Positions 17,822 through 25,771 of a DNA stretch of 64,000 nucleotides are shown here, piece after piece; position 1 is the stretch's first letter, and every line of letters begins with the position of its first letter. Location of the stretch: sequence record NC_023719.1; one strand, written 5' to 3'. A program made the translations under genes and the position numbers. The notes beneath the pieces are model-generated. The model was not told the origin of the DNA and did not search any database. It worked only from the letters and a program-made list of their open reading frames with translations.

Positions 17822-17852
17822 AACAAGAGAGAATATTCTCTCTTGTTTTTTT
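17822..17852 (+). terminator. Intrinsic terminator
   Basis: AACAAGAGAGAA/TTCTCTCTTGTT stem plus T-run. Confidence 0.8.
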
Positions 17853-17879
17853 TATTGTTAGAATAAGGTTGGTGATACT

Positions 17880-18977
17880 TTGAAAAAAATCTACTTTTTT
17901 AAAGATGGGCATAAAGATATGCATAATTACTTGGGTAAAAAAGGCGCAAACCTATGCGAAATGTATAATATGGATTTGCCAGTACCAAATGGATTTATTA
18001 TACCCACATACTTAAATAGAGAAACAAAAGAATTAAGAAGAGAAATAGAAAATGCAATTGAAAAACTTGGAGGTAGGTTAGGAGAAGATTTATTTGTTTC
18101 AGTACGTTCAAGTGCTCCCACCTCAATGCCAGGAATGATGGATAGTTTTTTGAATATAAGTAATTATGATGACTTATTTAATTCTATAGAGCTAGTGGTT
18201 AATTCATGGAACAATAAAAGAGCTGTTACTTATAGGGAAAATAATGGTATCTCTGAAGGAGTGGGTACAGCTATAGTAATACAAAAAATGATCTTTGGAA
18301 ATAAAGACGAGAATTCTGGTTCTGGAGTTGTTTTTAGCAGAAATCCTAATAATGGAGAAGAAGGACTAGTCGGGGAGATATTGTTTAATTCTTTTGGTGA
18401 GGAATTAGTGCTTGGTAAAAAGACACCACTTTCAATTACTATATTAAAAGAAAAAATGCCCAACGTTTATACATTATTGGAAAATATATCAAAAAAGCTT
18501 GAAACTCATTTTTCATCTATGCAAGAAATAGAATTCACTATTGAAGAAAAAGAGTTATATGTATTGCAGACAAGAGAAGTAAAAAAGAAAAACAAAATAG
18601 TTAAGTTTAAAATAAAAGAAAAACAAAAAAATCCAATAACAATAGGTATAGCATCTTCTTATGGAGCGGCTACAGGGTTAGTTGTTTTTGATTCAAAGAA
18701 AGCAGTAGAATTAAAATCAAAAGGTAAAAACGTTATTTTAGTAAGACTTGAGACTAGTCCCGATGACATTGAGGGAATAATCGCTTGCGATGGCATTGTA
18801 ACTTTACAGGGTGGAGCAACTTCTCATGCAGCTGTTGTTGCTAGAAGTATGAATAAGCCATGTATTTGTGGCTGTCAATACTTAGATGTAAATGAATTAG
18901 AATGGATAACAATTGAAGGTCAAACTGGTAAAGTTTTTCTCGGTGAGTACGATTTAGAAATAGATGATAGTCTATAA
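17880..18977 (+). CDS. Truncated pyruvate phosphate dikinase-like protein (ATP-grasp plus phospho-His domain only)
   Basis: LGKKGANL..PVPNGF, VSVRSSAPTSMPGMMD, EFTIE..LQTR and GGATSHAAVVAR; ends without the C-terminal PEP/pyruvate barrel. Confidence 0.85.
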   Translation: MKKIYFFKDGHKDMHNYLGKKGANLCEMYNMDLPVPNGFIIPTYLNRETKELRREIENAIEKLGGRLGEDLFVSVRSSAPTSMPGMMDSFLNISNYDDLFNSIELVVNSWNNKRAVTYRENNGISEGVGTAIVIQKMIFGNKDENSGSGVVFSRNPNNGEEGLVGEILFNSFGEELVLGKKTPLSITILKEKMPNVYTLLENISKKLETHFSSMQEIEFTIEEKELYVLQTREVKKKNKIVKFKIKEKQKNPITIGIASSYGAATGLVVFDSKKAVELKSKGKNVILVRLETSPDDIEGIIACDGIVTLQGGATSHAAVVARSMNKPCICGCQYLDVNELEWITIEGQTGKVFLGEYDLEIDDSL

Positions 18978-19093
18978 TATATCATTCTTATATTATTTTT
19001 TACTGATAATTTAATTTAAAATATATTTCTATTTTAATTAATATAAATATATAGTAAATATATTAAGAATAAGAGAAAGAGAGGTGTTTTAAA

Positions 19094-19177
19094 ATGGGTT
19101 GCAAATGTAATGATTGTTGTTGTGGGTGCGAATGCAAAGATTGTGAAAATGGATGTTGTGATAAAAGTGAAGAATAA
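19094..19177 (+). CDS. Metallothionein-like 27-aa peptide
   Basis: MGCKCNDCCCGCECKDCENGCCDKSEE* (10 Cys); GAGGTG RBS at 19081; terminator directly downstream; below the ORF-track cutoff. Confidence 0.7.
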   Translation: MGCKCNDCCCGCECKDCENGCCDKSEE

Positions 19178-19187
19178 ATAATAAATG

Positions 19188-19219
19188 AGTCGATTAGTTA
19201 AAATCTAATCGACTTTTAT
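19188..19219 (+). terminator. Intrinsic terminator
   Basis: AGTCGATTAG/CTAATCGACT stem plus T-run. Confidence 0.75.
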
Positions 19220-19245
19220 TTATTATTTAAACATGAGGTGGTAAC

Positions 19246-19662
19246 TTGACTAGAAATATGATAGTAGAAATAGAAGAGTTTATAGATTCGTTAATAATAA
19301 TGCACAATATTATTAATGAAAACAACATAAGTTTTGAGTTAAAAAAATCAGATAATGGTGTATTAACTTTATTTTCTATTAGTGGAAATTTAATTATAAA
19401 TTCAATTAATGTAATAAAATTAGTTACAGTAACCGCAGAAGAAGATTTTTCTTGCACAGCGATGTGTGAAGTAAGTAGATTCAGTCCATTTTATAGAAAG
19501 TTACTAGACTATAAGAGCTCTCACGCTGGTTATATGAATTTAGATTTGGATAATTATCATAAAAAGTTTGAGTATAACTTTAGAGATTTAAAAAATTTTA
19601 ATGATTTCTTTATGAAAATGATATGGGACGTTTTTATCTCTAACTTTATTTCTTCAAAATAA
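19246..19662 (+). CDS. Hypothetical protein
   Basis: GAGGTGG RBS, 138 aa. Confidence 0.6.
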   Translation: MTRNMIVEIEEFIDSLIIMHNIINENNISFELKKSDNGVLTLFSISGNLIINSINVIKLVTVTAEEDFSCTAMCEVSRFSPFYRKLLDYKSSHAGYMNLDLDNYHKKFEYNFRDLKNFNDFFMKMIWDVFISNFISSK

Positions 19663-19747
19663 ACTTTTTAAAAACCATATAATTGATATATAATATATTG
19701 CAACTCTTATTTTAGATTTGAATTTTAAATAATAGGAGTTGTTTTTT

Positions 19748-20587
19748 TTGAAGAGATTAAAGAAAAAAGCTTGGGAAACCATTGAATTATATCATCACAC
19801 TAGTTCGCAGTTTTTTATGCAAGTGATGGAAGAAGGGCAACTTACTTCTGGTGGATACAATGGCAACATATCTGGAGGAGGTCACACTAGTATTTTCGAT
19901 GTATTTAGCGATGAAGACCCTTCATCTAATATATATTACCCTTTAATAATTTTAGATGAAATGATAAAAGTACCTAGTGATGATAAAAAAGTTACTAAAA
20001 CATTAACTGATTTAGTTAATAAAATGAAAGAAGAAAACCCTGATTGGCAATCTGAAGAAATAGAAGTAAGTGAGACTAAGCCTAGTGGAAACGAAATAGG
20101 CGTTTACTTAAGTAGTGATAAATACAATTCTGTTGGTTATGCTGAAGATGCAGTTTCTAAAGGCGATACAAGTAAATTAAACTTTGAAGTTACATTAGCT
20201 ATTAAGGTTCAAACTGATGCTTTAAGTCCGGATTACGATGATCTAGTTAGCCTTGAGTTAGATATTGATGATAGAAGTTCTGTTCCACTATGGAAACAAT
20301 CACTTAATCAAGTTGAACAGTGTGTTCATAATGGACCTATTGATTCTGAAAGCATAGTTAGTGTTACTTTTCATAGTTTAGAAAATGCTTATAATGATTC
20401 TGATGGGAAGTTTAATGATGAAGATGAATTTACTGAATTTGTAAGTCAATATATTAAAGAAGATGAGCCTATGTCTACAATGGAAGCGTTAAGTCAATTA
20501 GCTTTGATGGATTCAGAATATGCAAATACAGAAAGTTTAGTGATGTCTTCAAAGAAAATAAAGAGATTAAAAAAGTTTAATAAATAA
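19748..20587 (+). CDS. Putative ADP-ribosyltransferase-fold protein, paralogue B
   Basis: LYHHTSS..EGQLTSGGYNGNISGGGH, GVYLSS..VGYAEDAV, VQTDALSPD, HNGPIDSESI; clear paralogue of 8929..9849. Confidence 0.55.
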   Translation: MKRLKKKAWETIELYHHTSSQFFMQVMEEGQLTSGGYNGNISGGGHTSIFDVFSDEDPSSNIYYPLIILDEMIKVPSDDKKVTKTLTDLVNKMKEENPDWQSEEIEVSETKPSGNEIGVYLSSDKYNSVGYAEDAVSKGDTSKLNFEVTLAIKVQTDALSPDYDDLVSLELDIDDRSSVPLWKQSLNQVEQCVHNGPIDSESIVSVTFHSLENAYNDSDGKFNDEDEFTEFVSQYIKEDEPMSTMEALSQLALMDSEYANTESLVMSSKKIKRLKKFNK

Positions 20588-20666
20588 TAATTATTTAGTG
20601 ATTTTGTTAACTATTTATCGCTATTTTTATATAAATATATATCATATAAAAAAGGAGAGAATAGAT

Positions 20667-21236
20667 ATGAAACAACTATCACTAGGAAAGAAAATAGCAG
20701 TTGGTGTAGGTGCTATATTAGTATTTTTCATAATCGTTGCAGCAATTGGTTCTACTACTTTATGGAGTCAGCGTGGAAAGGTAGTAAAATTAGAAAACAA
20801 GATTGAAGCACGATATAACTTCAATAAATCAGATTACGATAAAATGTGGAAGACGTTTGTTGAAACTGCTAAAGTTACAGAATTACAAGCTGAGCAATTT
20901 AAAGATGTTTATACTGAATTAATTTCTGGACGATATGAAGACACAGATCTATTGTTTAAAATGGTTCAAGAATCAAACCCACAATTGGGAACTGAAGTAT
21001 ATACTAATTTGCAAAGACAAATCGCTGCAGATAGATCAACTTTTAACAATAACCAAAAAGCAATTCTCGACATTATTAATCAATACAATAATTACATTGA
21101 ACACGATGCAATTATTATAGCATTTATTACAAACCGCAAACCTATCGATAGTAGCAAGTATATTATCACTTCAGAAAGAACAGAAAAAGCATTTGAATCA
21201 GGCAAAGATGAAGTTATTGATTTGCAAAGCAAGTAA
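20667..21236 (+). CDS. LemA-like membrane-anchored protein
   Basis: N-terminal TM helix then LFKMVQESNPQL..YTNLQRQI...INQYNNYI, matching the LemA helical pattern. Confidence 0.55.
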   Translation: MKQLSLGKKIAVGVGAILVFFIIVAAIGSTTLWSQRGKVVKLENKIEARYNFNKSDYDKMWKTFVETAKVTELQAEQFKDVYTELISGRYEDTDLLFKMVQESNPQLGTEVYTNLQRQIAADRSTFNNNQKAILDIINQYNNYIEHDAIIIAFITNRKPIDSSKYIITSERTEKAFESGKDEVIDLQSK

Positions 21237-21286
21237 CAAATAGTATTAACTCTGTAAAATGTATAGTTATTTTGGGAGGTATACAA

Positions 21287-21433
21287 ATGGACAATGAAAT
21301 GTTCAAATTATTTGTTGAGAAGGTTGTTAACAATGAGTATTTGACAGATACAGAAAAGCTCAATGCCATTAAAGGATATTTAAATGATCCAGAAAATCTT
21401 ATCTATAATATGGTTCTAGATAAGAAAGAGTAA
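21287..21433 (+). CDS. Small hypothetical protein (48 aa)
   Basis: GGGAGG RBS; MDNEMFKLFVEKVVNNEYLTD...; manual translation. Confidence 0.55.
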   Translation: MDNEMFKLFVEKVVNNEYLTDTEKLNAIKGYLNDPENLIYNMVLDKKE

Positions 21434-21468
21434 TTATATAAACTCCTAAAAATGAGAGAGGTAATAGT

Positions 21469-22626
21469 ATGTTTTGGATTCCATTACTTATTCTAGGGAT
21501 ATTCATTATAGCTCTAGAAATTATCTTTACGCATAATTGGTTAAGGGCAATATTGATAATTGTAATAACAGCTTTTTTATCTGCTGCTACAATTGGGATT
21601 GATTATACTATTCAAACTACAGATACAGAAGTTTGGTCTGGGAGCGTTATAGAGTGGAGTCACGATGAAGAGTGGGATGAATGGCATCCACCAGTTACAA
21701 CGTGTACAACTGATTCAAATGGAAAACAAAATTGTACAACAACTCCAGGATATTGGGAACACCACTATGCTGAAAATCACATAAAAACTTCTGATAAAGG
21801 ATGGATTTATGTTGATAAGTCTCCAGATGGAAAACGATTTGATGACAATTGGCCAAATGATAGTTCAGTGCTAAAGAAATATTGGCCAGAAGGTACGCCT
21901 ACTGCATCTAGACATACTTACACGAATAAAGTAAATGCATCTTACAGTATCTACAAACATAAAGATGTTGATTTAGAAAAGTTTCCTGACTTACCTAACT
22001 ATCCAGACAAAGTAAGAGATAAAATGTTTATTGATAGAATAATCGGTAGTGTTCCAAATAAGGAGAAAGCAAGTGTATTGTTATCTCACCACAATACAAG
22101 ATTAAATAAACAAGTACCAGATCCAGAAAGAGAAAACAAAACTCGTTCTTGGAAACAAGTAAATATGATTTTTGTTAATGTTGGTGAAAATAAGTCTGAA
22201 GATTATGGTTTCGCTTTACAAGACAGTTGGGAAGGCGGAAATAAGAACGATTTCGTTGTATCTTTCAGTATGAACTCTGATGGAACTCTAAATTGGGTTT
22301 ATCCTTTTAGTTGGTCTGAAGTGGAAATACTAAAGTTAGAAGTAAGAGATTACATGATGGATCTTAAGAAAATTAATGACTTTGTTCCTGTAGTTGAAAA
22401 GGTTTCAACAATGGTTGAAGAAAAGTTTGAAAGAAAAGAGTTTGCTGATTTTGATTACTTACAAATTGATCCAAGCAATGGTGTTATTGTTCTAATTTGG
22501 GTATTTAGTATTTTAGCTATTATTGTAAATGCTTTTCTAATCTTTAAAGAAAAGCAAGATCAAAGCAATAGACGTAATACTGACAGACTTTATAATCCGC
22601 ATAGGTACTATAATCCAAGAAAATAG
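21469..22626 (+). CDS. Membrane protein with a large extracellular domain (TPM-like C-terminal part possible)
   Basis: Two N-terminal and one C-terminal TM helices; CTT..NCTT hairpin; WEGGNKNDFVVSF motif. Confidence 0.65.
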   Translation: MFWIPLLILGIFIIALEIIFTHNWLRAILIIVITAFLSAATIGIDYTIQTTDTEVWSGSVIEWSHDEEWDEWHPPVTTCTTDSNGKQNCTTTPGYWEHHYAENHIKTSDKGWIYVDKSPDGKRFDDNWPNDSSVLKKYWPEGTPTASRHTYTNKVNASYSIYKHKDVDLEKFPDLPNYPDKVRDKMFIDRIIGSVPNKEKASVLLSHHNTRLNKQVPDPERENKTRSWKQVNMIFVNVGENKSEDYGFALQDSWEGGNKNDFVVSFSMNSDGTLNWVYPFSWSEVEILKLEVRDYMMDLKKINDFVPVVEKVSTMVEEKFERKEFADFDYLQIDPSNGVIVLIWVFSILAIIVNAFLIFKEKQDQSNRRNTDRLYNPHRYYNPRK

Positions 22627-22640
22627 GAAGGGTGTTATAA

Positions 22641-22964
22641 ATGATTTGTGATACTAGAGACTTAAGAACTTCGTTAAAGCTAAATCAGGTTGCTGTTTGT
22701 ATCGATGAGCCAACACAAAAAGTCTATTGTTCGGAACAAGGTTTATTTCAAATTACGAATACGGGAACATCATTAGAATTCAGACCATCTTTATTTGAAG
22801 ATAAAAAGTGGTATATCGATGAAAAAGATGTAAATGTTATGTCTGATAATGAAATGAAAGTAAAACTGGAAGAATTAAACACTAAGCAAATAAAAATAAT
22901 TTCAATTGCGGTTTGCGTATTATGGTTTGTTTTTGTTGGTGGATGTACAATAGTAAATGCATAA
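22641..22964 (+). CDS. Hypothetical protein with C-terminal TM helix
   Basis: Hydrophobic C-terminus IISIAVCVLWFVFVGG. Confidence 0.6.
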   Translation: MICDTRDLRTSLKLNQVAVCIDEPTQKVYCSEQGLFQITNTGTSLEFRPSLFEDKKWYIDEKDVNVMSDNEMKVKLEELNTKQIKIISIAVCVLWFVFVGGCTIVNA

Positions 22965-23026
22965 ATATTTAAATAAATTAGAATATTTACTAATATTTAC
23001 AAATATCTTTTAAAATTTAAGAATAT

Positions 23027-23060
23027 AAAAAAACCTCTTAGAAAAACTAAGAGGTTTTTT
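23027..23060. terminator. Bidirectional intrinsic terminator between convergent genes
   Basis: A7-CCTCTTAG/CTAAGAGG-T6 with A- and T-runs on both sides. Confidence 0.85.
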
Positions 23061-23883
23061 AAATTAGATTTTCAAATGTTGTAAAGTGACATTTTAAATC
23101 TGAAGAATGTTTATCTATGAACTTAGAATAGTAATTATTTAGTTTGCTAAGTCTCTTTCTGTCGTTTAAGATGAAAATTATTGGTATAGTTACAGGAGCT
23201 TCGAATGGTTGCCAATCGTGACACTTGAAGTCAGAGCTATTAAAAAAATAATTATGATAAGCATCTATCTTCTTGTTGAGTACATCTTGATTTTCCGTAG
23301 ATAAGTCAATTTCAAAAAATGCATAATTGTCGTTTTCATTGTTAAGCCAATATGAAAAACAATCTGGTCTAATTTCGTACTCTTTTGATCCTACAGAATA
23401 CTTTAGTTTTATTTCTTGTTTCCAATCAAGTACTTCATATTTACTAGCTAACCCAGAAAATACCTCACTTACAGCAACAGTATGTCTCCATTTTTGGTTT
23501 AATTTTTTAATAGGTCTGAATAGTTTTATATCTAATAGTTTTGATCCAGGTCTTGTTAGTACATAATGATATTCCGAAGAGCCTTCCCCTATGGATAATC
23601 TTGGAGAAAATCTATCTACACACCCTAATGAGAATAATTTTTTCATAGTTTTTAAAGTTGATTTATCTGGTGAGTTACTATCTGGATAAAATATCTTAGC
23701 TATTTGAGAAGTAGTAACTATTTTGTTCATGTTGATCATTTTGAGTATTTTGATATCTTTGTCATTAAGCCTAAGTTTAAGTTCGTTTATATAGTGAGCA
23801 TTAGACTTTTTAACTGCTTCTTCGTGTAAATCTCTTAGCTTTCTATTCCTCTCCATTAATAGACAAACATCAGACGTAATCAT
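23059..23883 (-). CDS. Replication-relaxation family protein (putative relaxase)
   Basis: N-terminal wHTH (VTTSQIAKIFY), HTVAVSEV, IRPDCF, FFEIDLSTE and KIDAY motifs; the only convincing minus-strand gene. Confidence 0.85.
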   Translation of the reverse strand: MITSDVCLLMERNRKLRDLHEEAVKKSNAHYINELKLRLNDKDIKILKMINMNKIVTTSQIAKIFYPDSNSPDKSTLKTMKKLFSLGCVDRFSPRLSIGEGSSEYHYVLTRPGSKLLDIKLFRPIKKLNQKWRHTVAVSEVFSGLASKYEVLDWKQEIKLKYSVGSKEYEIRPDCFSYWLNNENDNYAFFEIDLSTENQDVLNKKIDAYHNYFFNSSDFKCHDWQPFEAPVTIPIIFILNDRKRLSKLNNYYSKFIDKHSSDLKCHFTTFENLI

Positions 23884-23934
23884 AAATAACCTCCTTTTAT
23901 TATATAGATATTCTAATTAATCAAAAATGATACC

Positions 23935-24065
23935 AGAAATTGGTTAATTTCTATGGTTAATTTCTTTTGATATTAACTGTGATGTGTCTCCAACTATAAA
24001 CAGTTGATGGATTTTTAAGGCGTGACCGTGCAAATCCTTCCTATCTCATTTTCAATGAGATGGAA
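23935..24065. promoter_or_regulatory. Cluster of inverted and direct repeats upstream of the relaxase (candidate oriT or operator)
   Basis: IR 23935-23941/23946-23952; 12-bp direct repeat TGGTTAATTTCT at 23941 and 23954; IR 24009-24014/24032-24037; IR 24043-24050/24054-24061. Confidence 0.4.
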
Positions 24066-24195
24066 CCTTGAGGAGGTTGGTGATAAAAAAAATGAAAAAT
24101 TTCTCAACGAAAAACTTTTTATTTTTTTGTGTCTCTTTTTTCGTCGTGGTGAATATAATGAAAATATAACAAAGAAAAAAAGATGGTGATAAATT

Positions 24196-24378
24196 TTGTT
24201 AGATAAAATAGAAGATTTAACTTTAGAATTTCTATTTGTTATTACTGATTTTGTTTATAAGATAGTAATTAACATAATAGAAAATTATATTGTTACAAGT
24301 GATGTCTGGCCAAAGTTGATTTTTGTAGGTATTATTTTCTGGATGTTTAAGAAGAAAAGAGTGGTGAGGAAAAAATAG
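24196..24378 (+). CDS. Small membrane protein
   Basis: 60 aa, TM helix followed by basic KKKRVVRKK tail. Confidence 0.5.
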   Translation: MLDKIEDLTLEFLFVITDFVYKIVINIIENYIVTSDVWPKLIFVGIIFWMFKKKRVVRKK

Positions 24379-24492
24379 ATAATTTCCTTATTATATAGGA
24401 AGGAAAAATAAATTTCTAATTCTTTGTAACATTTGATATTATTGTGAATATATTGATAATATAAGGTGGAAAATAAAAGGAGGAAACATAAC

Positions 24493-24951
24493 ATGGCTGA
24501 GTATTCGTTTGCTGATAGTAAATATGAGTCATTGGCTCAAGATTTAATTGATGCAGACCCAATTGATTTAGGTCATATCGATGTTAGTGCAATTGCTTTT
24601 CTGAATAAAGAAGAGAAAAATCCAAAGTGGCCTTTTAGAATAATACCAATAAGAGAACCACTAACTATGTTAACTAAGTTTGAGTATTACGTTGAAATAT
24701 GCGAATCACTATTAGAAAATGCAACTAAAGAACATATCGAATTACATATCTATAAAATTCTAAGACAAATTGATAAAGAGAGTGGAAGAATCATACATCC
24801 AAATGTTATTGAGTTTAGCGACATAATAGATTTGTTCGGTTATGACTGGCAAGAAAAGAAAATGTTACCTTCTATTATAGATCAATTAGATGCAAAGACA
24901 GTTGCAAATACTTTGGTAGGTAACACTAGTGGACCGCCTAGCGTAATTTAA
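24493..24951 (+). CDS. Phage metallopeptidase-like domain lacking HExxH, paralogue B
   Basis: LGHIDVSAI...FEYYVEI...HIYKILRQI...HPNVIEFSDIIDLFG; ATG 24493 behind GGAGG. Confidence 0.5.
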   Translation: MAEYSFADSKYESLAQDLIDADPIDLGHIDVSAIAFLNKEEKNPKWPFRIIPIREPLTMLTKFEYYVEICESLLENATKEHIELHIYKILRQIDKESGRIIHPNVIEFSDIIDLFGYDWQEKKMLPSIIDQLDAKTVANTLVGNTSGPPSVI

Positions 24952-24970
24952 AATAAAGGAGAGAAGGTAA

Positions 24971-25435
24971 ATGAAAAAACATTACGAAGTAGTCGGGACT
25001 ATTGCGGAGTTAGATCTTAGGGAGTTAATAACTGAAAAAGAAAATAGCTTCGACGTTAATAAAGAAAAATTAAAGTTTATAGTTTCTGCAGCACTTTCAA
25101 CTCTAATATTTTCATTAGTTTTTCAGGATCCATCTTTAGCAGCTAATGGTGAAATGATACAAACTGCTTCTTCCAATTTTAAAACTCCTACACAGTTAAA
25201 TCACATACTGGAATTTGTTAGTTGGATAATCGATTTATTGAAATACATTTTATCGGGAATTGCAGGTTTAATTTGTACATTCGCTGGTTATAAGTGGGCT
25301 ACATCTTTAGAAGGTAATGGCCAAGAAGCTGCTAAGAAAATTCTAAAGAATGCATTTGTAGGTGGCGTAATAGTTTGGACAGGTTCTTCAATAGCTGGAT
25401 TCTTTGTGGATAAAATGAATGAAATATTAGGGTAG
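24971..25435 (+). CDS. TrbC/VirB2-like pilin precursor
   Basis: Signal-like segment ending PSLAA, then two TM helices split by GYKW..EAAKKILKNAFVG. Confidence 0.6.
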   Translation: MKKHYEVVGTIAELDLRELITEKENSFDVNKEKLKFIVSAALSTLIFSLVFQDPSLAANGEMIQTASSNFKTPTQLNHILEFVSWIIDLLKYILSGIAGLICTFAGYKWATSLEGNGQEAAKKILKNAFVGGVIVWTGSSIAGFFVDKMNEILG

Positions 25436-25449
25436 TTTGGAGGGAGAAA

Positions 25450-25587
25450 ATGAGAGACCCATATAGTAAGATATTTGTTTATACAGTCGCAGGATTTTGC
25501 GGCGTTGCTGGTTTTATCATAACATATATTGCTATTGGTTATCTATTTAAGCCGGCGGAAACTTGGATTGAAAATAAAATGAGATAA
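25450..25587 (+). CDS. Small single-TM protein (45 aa) in the conjugation module
   Basis: GGAGGGAG RBS; MRDPYSKIFVYTVAGFCGVAGFIITYIAIGYLF...; manual translation. Confidence 0.55.
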   Translation: MRDPYSKIFVYTVAGFCGVAGFIITYIAIGYLFKPAETWIENKMR

Positions 25588-25621
25588 AAAATAAAAATTG
25601 ATAAAATAAGGGGGAAATTTA

Positions 25622-25771
25622 ATGTTTACTACTATTAGTGCAGTTGTTGGGACTGTTTTTCAATTTTATGTTGCCTCTAGAGTTTGCGTAGGTATTTTCA
25701 AAAATGTAAAAAACAAGTTAGAGAGTAATCAAGTTGAAAGTGAATCTCTAGACAGTAAGAAGGTGATTTAA
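25622..25771 (+). CDS. Small hydrophobic protein (49 aa) in the conjugation module
   Basis: AGGGGG RBS; stop abuts the start of the VirB6-like gene; manual translation. Confidence 0.5.
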   Translation: MFTTISAVVGTVFQFYVASRVCVGIFKNVKNKLESNQVESESLDSKKVI

